Assembly (NCBI GenBank): GCA_003577315.1
Contig: QEVK01000004.1
Location: 21,446 to 53,445 of the forward strand
DNA: 32,000 bases
Direction of reading: 5' to 3'
DNA from: Hyphomicrobiales bacterium
Lineage (GTDB): Bacteria; Pseudomonadota; Alphaproteobacteria; Rhizobiales; Rhizobiaceae
Positions 8,364 through 16,456 of the stretch are shown here, piece by piece. Position numbers and translations under genes: made by a program. How positions within the stretch are numbered: position 1 is the first letter of the stretch; the number at the start of each line of letters is the position of its first letter. The notes beneath the pieces are model-generated. The model worked only from the letters and a program-made list of their open reading frames with translations. It was not told the DNA's origin and ran no database searches.

Positions 8364-9398
8364 ATGAAGTATACCCACAAGAGTTTCCTTGTTTCCGTCG
8401 CGCTCGCCGGCGCGATGTGGTCCGGCGCCGCGCTGGCGCAGTCGAGCTTCGGCGGCAGCGGCGAGACGCCCCGCGCCGTGCCGGGCGGGCCGGAACTGTC
8501 CGACCGCGGCGTCGCCGTAACCCCGCCCAAGGTCGACCTCGACGAGGTCGGGCGCGACCTCGACCTCGATCCCGAGAAGCTGAAGGAAAGCTACGGCACC
8601 GTCAGCCGCTCGCGCGGCGGCGAGGAAAAGCGCGAGGGCCCGAGCGAGGACGTGCTGCGCTCGCTCGACGGCGCCTTCAATCCCAACGCCGATCCGGCCT
8701 TCTCCGAGTCGGGCGACCGCCAGGTCTTCGGCGCCGACGACCGCGTGCAGGTCACCGATTCGTCCAACTATCCGTTCCGCGCCTTCGGCCTGCTCCAGGC
8801 CGAGACCAAGGACGGCTTCTCCAACTGCTCGGCGACGCTGATCGGCCCGCGCACCCTGCTCACCGCCGCGCACTGCCTCTACGACCACGACCAGGGCTGG
8901 TACGACAACTTCGTCTTCGCGCCGGGCCTGGTGTCGATGGACAACGCGCCCTTCGGCGTATGGGAGTACGAGACCGCCTACATCTTCGAGGGCTACATCA
9001 CCAACTATCAGGGCTACTACGGCTCGGTCGTGCCGTGGGACATCGCCGTCGTCATCCTCCAGCAGCCGATCGGCGACTATCTCGGCTGGCTCGGCTACGG
9101 CCACGACCCGCAGCTCGGCGACTTCCACGCCAACATCATCGGCTATCCCGGCGACAAGCCGGCCGGCACCATGTGGCGCGCCAATTGCGACGTCTCGCGC
9201 CAGGCCGTGCAGGAGCAGTACTTCCAGTACCACTGCGACACCTATGCCGGCACCAGCGGCGGCTCGGTCTACAAGTACGATCCGCAGAGCCAGGAGCGCA
9301 CCATCCTCGGCGTCAACGTGGCCGAAAGCGCGAACGCCAACACGGCCGTGCGCATGAACCAGACCTACTTCAACTGGGTCAAGGGCCTGGTGAAGTAG
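8364..9398 (+). CDS. Secreted serine protease, S1B / glutamyl-endopeptidase (V8)-like trypsin fold
   Basis: The 344-aa ORF has signal peptide MKYTHKSFLVSVALAGAMWSGAALAQS and an acidic, Gly-rich pro-region. It then reads RVQVTDSSNYPFRAFGLL, with triad motifs LLTAAHCLYD, WDIAVVIL and DTYAGTSGGSVY. Confidence 0.85.
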   Translation: MKYTHKSFLVSVALAGAMWSGAALAQSSFGGSGETPRAVPGGPELSDRGVAVTPPKVDLDEVGRDLDLDPEKLKESYGTVSRSRGGEEKREGPSEDVLRSLDGAFNPNADPAFSESGDRQVFGADDRVQVTDSSNYPFRAFGLLQAETKDGFSNCSATLIGPRTLLTAAHCLYDHDQGWYDNFVFAPGLVSMDNAPFGVWEYETAYIFEGYITNYQGYYGSVVPWDIAVVILQQPIGDYLGWLGYGHDPQLGDFHANIIGYPGDKPAGTMWRANCDVSRQAVQEQYFQYHCDTYAGTSGGSVYKYDPQSQERTILGVNVAESANANTAVRMNQTYFNWVKGLVK

Positions 9399-9424
9399 CA
9401 GGGGCCGCGCAGGCACGATCTCGC

Positions 9425-9457
9425 AAAAGCCCGCGGCCCTCCCGTCGCGGGCTTTTT
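9425..9457 (+). terminator. Rho-independent terminator after the S1B protease gene
   Basis: AAAAGCCCGCG (9425-9435), loop GCCCTCCCGT, then CGCGGGCTTTT plus T (9446-9457). It starts 27 bp after the stop codon. Confidence 0.75.
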
Positions 9458-9607
9458 CGTCCGCCTTGCGCGCCGGCGCGCGCCGCTTTAACGTCCCTTC
9501 CCATGGGGCAGGCCTCCCGAAGGCGGGGACCGCTGTCACGGCGAAGGCCTGCGGAGGAAAGCTGAGGCGCAACGCGCCTCGGAGGGTGCGGGAGGCATGG
9601 AAATCCG

Positions 9608-11434
9608 ATGGTTCGTTCCCGTCTGAGGCGCGGCGTGGCCGCGGCCGCGCTTGCCGGCGCGGTGTTGGCGATGCCCGTGACGCCTGGCGCGGCGGCCGAC
9701 GAGACCGGCGCCTGGTCGCGGCGCGTGCAGGTGGTCTACGACGCCGCCACCGGCTCGGTCGTGCGCGCCGCGCTGCGCGCCTGGGACTTCGAGCCCGCCG
9801 GCAACCTGGAATTCGTCTTCGAGCCCGATCCCGGCTCCGGCTTCGACCCGGCCGCCAACGGCGGCGCGATCACCGGGCGCGGCAAGCTCACCTGGCGGGT
9901 GCGCGGCTCGGCCTCCTACGACCGCCGCACCGTCCACTCCACCTATGTCGGCGCGCTCGCCGAGGGCCGGCCGCACGGGCAGGGCCGGCTGGAGCGCCGC
10001 AGCGGCGAGGTGCTGGAGGGCGAATGGGCCGCCGGCCGCCTCCACGGCAAGGGCGTGCGCATCGACGCCGACGGCACCCGCACCGAGGCGGTCTTCGTCG
10101 CCGGCCGCGCCGAGGGGCCGGGGCGGCAGACCACGCCGGACGGCACGATCTACGAGGGCGGCTTCCGCAACGGCCTGCGCCACGGCGAGGCGACGGTGCG
10201 CCTGCCGGGCGGCACCGCCTATGCCTCGCGCTGGCGGGCGGGCGTGGAGATTTCCAGCGCGCGACCGAACGCCATGGCCGACGCCATGGTCGGCGGGCTC
10301 TTGCGCGCGCAGGGCGGGGGCGGCGACGCCGGCAAGGTCGAGCTGTCGGTCTCCGTCGACCAGCGCATCACCCGGCAGGCCGACATGCAGTACGAGGATG
10401 CCGTGTTCGACGACCGCATCGAGATCTATCCGTCCGACCGGGCGATGGTCGAGGCGTGGCTCGGCGAGGCGACGATCTCGCCCGACAGCTACGGCGCCAC
10501 CTTCGGCTTCGTCGACTGGGAGGAGTCGCCGGCCTATCTGCAAGTCGGGCTGAAGACCACCGACGGCTCGCGCGTGCGCCTCGAGGCGCTCCAGCTCCAG
10601 GTCGAGGACAGCCAGGTCTACCGCAAGCCGTTCCTGTCGGTCATCGAGCATCGCGGCTGCGTCGCCTTCCGGCCGGACTTCAGCCTCGCCAACACCGGCT
10701 GGGGACCGGCGCATGACGGGCGGTTGTCGGTGGAGTTCTTCGACATCGACGGCAGCGGCCGCGCCAGCCGCGCCTTCGACGTCGCCGTCGGCGATTTCGA
10801 CGCCGGCGTCGACGTGTCGCTGCGCGCGGTGCTGGAGGAGGCCGGCGTCGACACGCGGGCGCTGGAGCGGGCGCGCTTCACCTGCGCCTCCGAGCAGGAG
10901 CTGCCGGCGTGCCGGCAACGGGCGATCGGCTCGCTGGAGTTCGGCGAGATCCGCGACCTTCTCTCCGGCGGCCCCGACATATCGGTCGGCGTGCGCGGCA
11001 CCTTCTCCTATGGCTGGGCCGACGACCGCGGCAATTCCTACGAGGCGAGCGAGCCGTTCGAGGCGTCGCTCCAGCTCGGCGCCATCGAGACCGAGACCAT
11101 GGTGGCCGAGCACGGCGCCGGCTGGGGCGACCCGCCCGCCGCCCTGCGCTACCAGGAGATCCGCCTGCCTTCGGACGAGCGGGACTATGTCGTCGACCTG
11201 ACCATGCGCGGCAACAGGAACGTCAGCGACGTTACGGCGCGGCTCAAGGTCTACGCGCAGGAAAGCTCGATCCACCGCTTCCGCGCCGTGGCGAGCTTCG
11301 CCGACGGCAGCATGCGCCAGACCAAGCCGGTGATGTTCTATCACGTGCGCCCGCGCGAGCCGGCCCATGTCCCGGCGGAGCCGGAGGCGGAGTGCTATCT
11401 CGACGACGCCGTCTTCGCGTCGCCGCGGGAATGA
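9608..11434 (+). CDS. Secreted MORN-repeat protein with a large uncharacterised C-terminal region
   Basis: The 608-aa ORF has signal peptide MVRSRLRRGVAAAALAGAVLAMPVTPGAAA. Four to five MORN-like units (YxGxhxxGxxHGxG) span residues about 88-214 (nt about 9869-10249): YVGALAEGRPHGQG, LEGEWAAGRLHGKG, AVFVAGRAEGPG and YEGGFRNGLRHGEA. I could not assign residues about 220-608 to any family. Confidence 0.75.
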   Translation: MVRSRLRRGVAAAALAGAVLAMPVTPGAAADETGAWSRRVQVVYDAATGSVVRAALRAWDFEPAGNLEFVFEPDPGSGFDPAANGGAITGRGKLTWRVRGSASYDRRTVHSTYVGALAEGRPHGQGRLERRSGEVLEGEWAAGRLHGKGVRIDADGTRTEAVFVAGRAEGPGRQTTPDGTIYEGGFRNGLRHGEATVRLPGGTAYASRWRAGVEISSARPNAMADAMVGGLLRAQGGGGDAGKVELSVSVDQRITRQADMQYEDAVFDDRIEIYPSDRAMVEAWLGEATISPDSYGATFGFVDWEESPAYLQVGLKTTDGSRVRLEALQLQVEDSQVYRKPFLSVIEHRGCVAFRPDFSLANTGWGPAHDGRLSVEFFDIDGSGRASRAFDVAVGDFDAGVDVSLRAVLEEAGVDTRALERARFTCASEQELPACRQRAIGSLEFGEIRDLLSGGPDISVGVRGTFSYGWADDRGNSYEASEPFEASLQLGAIETETMVAEHGAGWGDPPAALRYQEIRLPSDERDYVVDLTMRGNRNVSDVTARLKVYAQESSIHRFRAVASFADGSMRQTKPVMFYHVRPREPAHVPAEPEAECYLDDAVFASPRE

Positions 11435-11786
11435 ACAGCCGGAGCGATTCCAGTCCTGCAACCAAGCGGAAGCGCTTGAAGCCGCATAAAAGCGGCTGAA
11501 GCAAACGGACGGAGCGGCAGCCCGGGCCTGTCCGGGCGTCCGCCGCTCCAGGGCGGCGCGGCGGAAAAGCGGCGTCGCGACGGCCGGCGGCGGCCGGAGG
11601 CCCGCCCGGAAGCTTCACGGCGAAGGCCGCGCATCGAAGACGTCGTATCGGGATTTCGCTCCGGCATCCCGTTCGGGCCGCGGGCGGCCGTCATCCTTCT
11701 TTCCGGTCCATCCAGGCTCGCTGCGGGCTTCCCGCAGGCCTCCTGCGCAGGGGGCTTGCTTTCGCGTCGCGGATATGCCATTCCTG

Positions 11787-11800
11787 ACTGATCGATCAGT
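11787..11800. promoter_or_regulatory. Candidate TetR operator
   Basis: A perfect 14-bp palindrome ACTGATCGATCAGT lies 70 bp upstream of the tetR-family start at 11870. It extends to CTGACTGATCGATCAGTTAG with one mismatch. Confidence 0.4.
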
Positions 11801-11869
11801 TAGCGTATCGAGGCGAGGGTCGCCATCCGGCGAAGGCTCGATCCGTCCAGGTCGCAGGGAGGAATCGCA

Positions 11870-12565
11870 ATGGCGACGATCCGCGGCAAGCCGCGCGAGG
11901 ACGTGCCCGTGCAGGCGCGCGGCACCGCGCGCTTCGACATCATCCTCGACGCCGCCGAGCAGGTGTTCGGCACCGGCTATGCCGGCGCCAGCATGCGCGA
12001 GATCGCCGAGCGCGCGGGCGTCGCCCAGGCGCTGATCCACTACCATTTCGACACCAAGGAAAAGCTGTTCGAGGCGGTGATCGCGCGCCGCGCCAGCGAG
12101 ATCAACGGCCAGCGGGCCCAGATGCTCGACGCGCTGTTCGCCGGCGACGACGCCCCGCGCCTGGAGGAGGTGATCGAGGCGTTGTTCCGCCCGACCATCG
12201 CGGTCGACCACGACAACGCCAACAGCTTCTCGCGCATCCTCGTCTCCGCCGCCAACTCGGCGGAGGAGCGCGACCAGTTGCTGGTCCAGCGCTACTACGA
12301 CCCGATCGCGCTGAAGTTCATCGATGCCTTCATGGCGCTCACGCCGGGCCTCGCCCGCATGAACGCGGTGTGGGCCTACATGTTCGCCATCGGCGTCGGC
12401 ATGACGATGATGGCGACCACCGGCCGCCCGCTGCGCCTTTCCGGCGGCGAATGCGACGACCGCGACGTCGAGGCGATGCTGGCGCGCATCGTTCCCTTCA
12501 TCTGCGCCGGGGTGCGGGCGCTCGCCGACGGCGACCCCCACATCGGCCCCCGAAACGATCATTGA
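11870..12565 (+). CDS. TetR/AcrR-family transcriptional regulator
   Basis: The 231-aa ORF has the N-terminal HTH ILDAAEQVFGTGYAGASMREIAERAGVAQALIHYHFDTKEKLFEAVI. RBS AGGGAGGA lies upstream. Confidence 0.88.
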   Translation: MATIRGKPREDVPVQARGTARFDIILDAAEQVFGTGYAGASMREIAERAGVAQALIHYHFDTKEKLFEAVIARRASEINGQRAQMLDALFAGDDAPRLEEVIEALFRPTIAVDHDNANSFSRILVSAANSAEERDQLLVQRYYDPIALKFIDAFMALTPGLARMNAVWAYMFAIGVGMTMMATTGRPLRLSGGECDDRDVEAMLARIVPFICAGVRALADGDPHIGPRNDH

Positions 12566-12596
12566 CACGATCATTGCACAACCCAGGGAGGTAAGC

Positions 12597-13661
12597 ATGA
12601 CATTCAGAGCGACCATGACGGCGGCGTGCGCCCTGCTGGCGGGGGCGGTTGCCCTGCCGGCGCAGGCCGACGAGATCAACGTGACCGTGGTCAACGGCCA
12701 CCCGCCGGTGTTCCTGTGGGTGAAGCATCTCACCGAGACCTTCATCCCCACGGTCAACGCCAGGCTGGAGGGCACCGGCCACACCATCAGGTGGACCGAG
12801 GCCTATGGCGGCACGCTGGCCGCCGTCGGCGGCGAGCTGGAGGCGATCGAGGACGGGCTCGCCGAGGTCGGCGCGGTGCCGACCGTGTTCGAGCCGACGT
12901 CGCTGCCGCTGCAGAACGTGACCTACTACACGCCGTTCGGGACCTCCGACCCGCAGGTCGTCATCGACGCCGTCGACCGGCTGCACCAGGACGTGCCCGG
13001 CATGATCGAATCGTGGCAGAGCTACAACGCCGAATATCTCGGCGGCGGCTTCGCGCTCGACAACTATCTCCTGATGACCAACTTCCCGGTCGCCTCCGTC
13101 GACGACCTCTCCGGCCACAAGATCGGCGCGCCCGGCCCGGCGGTGAACTGGCTGGAGGGCACCGGCGCCGTCGGCGTCGCCGGCAACCTGACCACCTACT
13201 ACAACGACATCCAGACCGGCGTGTTCGACGGCACCATCGTCTTCCCGACGGCGGCGGCCCCGGCCAAGCTGCAGGAAGTCGCGCCGCACGTCCTGATCAC
13301 CGATTTCGGCGCCCAGTACGCCGGCTCGCTCGTCGCCAACAAGGAGTGGTACGACGCCCAGCCGGCCGAGGTGCAGGAGGCGCTGCGCGCCGGCGCGGCG
13401 GCCTACACCGCCGCCTACATCGCCGAGCAGAACGCGCGCGTCGAGGCGGCGCTGAAGCAGATGGAGGAGGGCGGGGCCAAGATCACGAAGCTCAGCCCCG
13501 AGGAGCGCGCCAGGTGGGCGGCGGCGCTGCCGCAGATCGCCGACACCTGGGCGAAGAACGCCGACGGGCAGGGCCTGCCCGGCTCGGACGTGCTGTCGGC
13601 CTATATCGGCCTCCTCAAGGAGGCCGGGGTCGAGCTGGCGCGCGACTGGTCGCAGCGCTGA
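12597..13661 (+). CDS. TRAP transporter substrate-binding protein (DctP family), atypical: lacks the conserved ligand-carboxylate Arg
   Basis: The 354-aa ORF has signal peptide MTFRATMTAACALLAGAVALPAQA. Its core LSGHKIGAPGPAVNWLEGTGAVGVAGNLTTYYNDIQTGVFDG aligns with the DctP motif LxGxKIRxP...ALQxGxxDG. It is followed by DctQ and DctM genes. Confidence 0.8.
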   Translation: MTFRATMTAACALLAGAVALPAQADEINVTVVNGHPPVFLWVKHLTETFIPTVNARLEGTGHTIRWTEAYGGTLAAVGGELEAIEDGLAEVGAVPTVFEPTSLPLQNVTYYTPFGTSDPQVVIDAVDRLHQDVPGMIESWQSYNAEYLGGGFALDNYLLMTNFPVASVDDLSGHKIGAPGPAVNWLEGTGAVGVAGNLTTYYNDIQTGVFDGTIVFPTAAAPAKLQEVAPHVLITDFGAQYAGSLVANKEWYDAQPAEVQEALRAGAAAYTAAYIAEQNARVEAALKQMEEGGAKITKLSPEERARWAAALPQIADTWAKNADGQGLPGSDVLSAYIGLLKEAGVELARDWSQR

Positions 13662-13669
13662 TCCCCGCC

Positions 13670-13695
13670 GGCTGCGGAGCGCCCCCTCCGCAGCC
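13670..13695 (+). promoter_or_regulatory. Intercistronic stem-loop between the SBP and DctQ genes
   Basis: GGCTGCGGAG (13670-13679), loop CGCCCC, then CTCCGCAGCC (13686-13695). This is a perfect 10-bp GC-rich stem with no U-tract, starting 9 bp after the SBP stop. Confidence 0.45.
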
Positions 13696-13743
13696 GCCCT
13701 CCCCCGTCCCCGAAACCCCCTCGGCGCAAAGGTCCGTCAAACC

Positions 13744-14322
13744 ATGCCGGAGAACGATGTCACCGGCCTGAAGAGCTTCGATGCCGTCTTCCGGCTCTTC
13801 GACCGCTTCACCGCCCTGATGAGCATCATCGGCACGCTCGCCATCCTGTTCATCATGTGCCTGATCACCGCCGACGTCGTCGGCCGCGCATTCCTCGGGC
13901 GCCCCATCCACGGCGTGCCCGAGATCGTGTCGATGCTGATCCTGAGCATCGTCTTCCTGCAGATCTCCAACACGCTCCTGCGCGGCAGGCTGACGCGCGC
14001 CGACGGCTTCCTGATGCTGGTGCGCGCGCGCTCGCCGCGGGCCGCCGGCGTGCTCGACGCCGTGATGCACCTGGCCGGCGTCGGCCTCGTCGGCGTTCTG
14101 GTGCACGCCTTCTACCCGCTGTTCCTGCGCAGCTGGGGCCGCAACGAGATGGTCGGCACCGTCGGGCAGTTCCTCGCCCCGATCTGGCCGACCTACCTGG
14201 TGGTGCTGGTCGGCTCGGCGGCGCTGTGCATCGCCTTTGCGCTGCGCGCCGCCGGCATCCTCATCGTCACCTTCTCGCCGGCCCCGGCCTCCTCCACGCG
14301 AGCGCGGGAGACGGCGCGATGA
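13744..14322 (+). CDS. TRAP transporter small permease (DctQ)
   Basis: The 192-aa ORF has four predicted TM segments (ALMSIIGTLAILFIMCLITADVVGRAFLGRPIHGVPEIVSMLILSIVFLQI...). It lies between the DctP and DctM genes, and its stop overlaps the DctM ATG as ATGA. Confidence 0.8.
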   Translation: MPENDVTGLKSFDAVFRLFDRFTALMSIIGTLAILFIMCLITADVVGRAFLGRPIHGVPEIVSMLILSIVFLQISNTLLRGRLTRADGFLMLVRARSPRAAGVLDAVMHLAGVGLVGVLVHAFYPLFLRSWGRNEMVGTVGQFLAPIWPTYLVVLVGSAALCIAFALRAAGILIVTFSPAPASSTRARETAR

Positions 14323-15635
14323 CCGGCTTCGAGATCGGCCTGTGGTCGCTCGGCGCGATCCTCGTCCTCATCTATACCGGCATGCACGTCGCCATCGCGC
14401 TGGCGCTGGTGTCGTTCTTCGGCATCTGGGTCCTGCGCGACAACCCCGAGCAGGCCGCGCGCATCCTGTCGCTGGCCGCGCGCGAGAGCATATCGTCCTA
14501 CCTGTTCGGCGTGGTGCCGCTGTTCGTGCTGATGGGGCTGGTGGTCAGCCGCGCCAATATCGGCCGCGACACCTTCGACGTCGCCAACCGCTTCCTCGGC
14601 CGGCTGCGCGGCGGGCTCGGCATCTCCACCGTCGGCGCCAACGCCATCTTCGCCTCCATCACCGGCATCTCCATCGCCTCGGCGGCCGTCTTCACCAAGA
14701 TCGCCGTGCCGGAGATGATGCGCGCCGGCCACACGGCCCGGTTCTCGACCGGCGTCGTCGTCGGCTCCTCGATCCTGGGCATGCTGCTTCCGCCCAGCCT
14801 GCTGATGATCCTCTACGGCATCCTCGCCGAGCAGTCGGTGGGGGCGCTGTTCATCGCCGGCATCGGGCCCGGCATCCTCGTCACCGTCATCTTCTGCGTC
14901 GGCATCTGGCTGATGGTGAAATACTGGAGCGACTTCACCGGCGTCGCCGCGCCGCAGGCCAGCTACGACACCGCCGGGCTGGCCGCCTGGGCCGACACCT
15001 TCGCCAAGCTGGCGCCCATCGTCGTGCTCGTCGGGCTGGTGCTGGGCGGGCTCTACGGCGGCATCTTCACGCCGACCGAGGCCGGCGCCATCGGCGCGCT
15101 GGGCGCCATCGTCATCGCCTTCCTCAAGCGCCGGCTTTCCGGCAGGGTGCTGTGGCAGGTCACCATCGAGACCGGCCACATCACCGCGGCGATCTGCTTC
15201 CTCATCATCGCCGCCACCATGTACAGCCGCATGCTGGCGCTGACCGGCCTGCCCGCCTTCCTCACCCAGTGGATCGTCGCCTTCGACGTCGGGGTCTACG
15301 GCTTCCTCGTCTTCTACATCGCCGTGCTGGTGCTGCTGGGCACCATCCTCGATTCCTCCTCCACCATGCTCATCACCGTGCCGCTGGCGCTGCCGATCGC
15401 CACCTCGCTCGGCATCGACCTGATCTGGTTCGGCATCATCACCGTGCTGGCGGTCGAGATCGGGCTGCTGACGCCGCCGATGGGGCTGTCGGTCTTCGTC
15501 GTCAAGGGATCGCTCGACGACCAGACCATCCCGCTGAAGGACGTCTTCATCGGCTCCGCGCCCTTCGCCGTGCTGATGCTGGTGGCGCTGTTCTTCATCG
15601 TCATGTTCCCGGGCATCGCGCTCGGGCTGCTCTAG
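14319..15635 (+). CDS. TRAP transporter large permease (DctM)
   Basis: This is 438 aa taken from the 13857-15635 ORF, starting MTGFEIGLWSLGAILVLIYTGMHVAIAL. It is polytopic and typical of DctM (GISTVGANAIFASITGISIASAA, LLTPPMGLSVFV). Confidence 0.9.
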   Translation: MTGFEIGLWSLGAILVLIYTGMHVAIALALVSFFGIWVLRDNPEQAARILSLAARESISSYLFGVVPLFVLMGLVVSRANIGRDTFDVANRFLGRLRGGLGISTVGANAIFASITGISIASAAVFTKIAVPEMMRAGHTARFSTGVVVGSSILGMLLPPSLLMILYGILAEQSVGALFIAGIGPGILVTVIFCVGIWLMVKYWSDFTGVAAPQASYDTAGLAAWADTFAKLAPIVVLVGLVLGGLYGGIFTPTEAGAIGALGAIVIAFLKRRLSGRVLWQVTIETGHITAAICFLIIAATMYSRMLALTGLPAFLTQWIVAFDVGVYGFLVFYIAVLVLLGTILDSSSTMLITVPLALPIATSLGIDLIWFGIITVLAVEIGLLTPPMGLSVFVVKGSLDDQTIPLKDVFIGSAPFAVLMLVALFFIVMFPGIALGLL

Positions 15636-15647
15636 GAAAGGACCCCC

Positions 15648-16424
15648 ATGGCCCGCCGCATCGTCGACCTGTCCGTCCCGCTCGAAACCGGGATCGCCTC
15701 CGACCCGCAGCCGATGCTGCCGCAGATCGCCTATCTCGACCACAAGGCCTCGGCCGTGCAGATGACTCAGTTCTTCCCCGGGCTGAAGGTGGAGCAGCTG
15801 CCGGGCGGCGAGGGCTGGGCGGTCGAGCAGCTCAACATCTCGACCCACAACGGCACCCATCTCGACGCGCCCTACCACTTCCACTCGACCATGAACGACG
15901 GCGAGCGGGCGATCACCATCGACGAGGTGCCGCTCGAATGGTGCATGGGCCCGGGCGTCAAGCTCGATTTCCGCCACCTCGACGACGGCTACGTCGTCAC
16001 GCCCGCCGACGTCGAGGCCGAGCTGAAGCGCATCGGGCACACGCTGAAGCCGCTCGACATCGTCGTCGTCAACACCAGCGCCGGCGCCGCCTATGGCCAG
16101 CCCGACTTCCTGAGCAGGGGCTGCGGCATGGGCCGCGACGCCACGCTCTACCTGCTCGATCGCGGGGTGCGCGTCACCGGCACCGACGCCTGGAGCTGGG
16201 ACGCGCCGTTCCTGCACACGGCGCGCCGCTTCGCCGAGACGGGCGACCCCTCCATCATCTGGGAGGGGCACCGCGCCGGCATGAAGACCGGCTACTGCCA
16301 CATCGAGAAGCTGTCGAACCTCGAGCAACTGCCCGCCACGGGCTACGAGATCGCCTGCTTCCCCTTCAAGATCAGGGGCGCGTCGGCAGGCTTCACCCGC
16401 GCCGTCGCCATCTTCAACGACTGA
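15648..16424 (+). CDS. Cyclase-family protein (kynurenine formamidase-like metal hydrolase, PF04199 type)
   Basis: The 258-aa ORF carries the signature HNGTHLDAPYHF (HxGTHxDxPxH) and a downstream GTDAWSWD. Confidence 0.8.
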   Translation: MARRIVDLSVPLETGIASDPQPMLPQIAYLDHKASAVQMTQFFPGLKVEQLPGGEGWAVEQLNISTHNGTHLDAPYHFHSTMNDGERAITIDEVPLEWCMGPGVKLDFRHLDDGYVVTPADVEAELKRIGHTLKPLDIVVVNTSAGAAYGQPDFLSRGCGMGRDATLYLLDRGVRVTGTDAWSWDAPFLHTARRFAETGDPSIIWEGHRAGMKTGYCHIEKLSNLEQLPATGYEIACFPFKIRGASAGFTRAVAIFND

Positions 16425-16456
16425 GCTTCAACGACCGACCAGGAGGACGAGGCGCC

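Noticed and set aside
8145-11461. Long minus-strand ORFs 8145-9572 (475 aa) and 9536-11461 (641 aa), plus alternative plus-frame ORFs 8318-9565 and 9466-10716
   Set aside because: They overlap the S1B protease and MORN genes, which have signal peptides and catalytic or repeat motifs. The alternatives are Arg/Gly/Pro-rich with no motifs.
14193-16328. A 711-aa minus-strand ORF across dctM and the cyclase gene
   Set aside because: Its composition is extremely Asp/Gly/Arg/His-rich and it is antisense to two well-supported genes. This is a GC-driven artefact.
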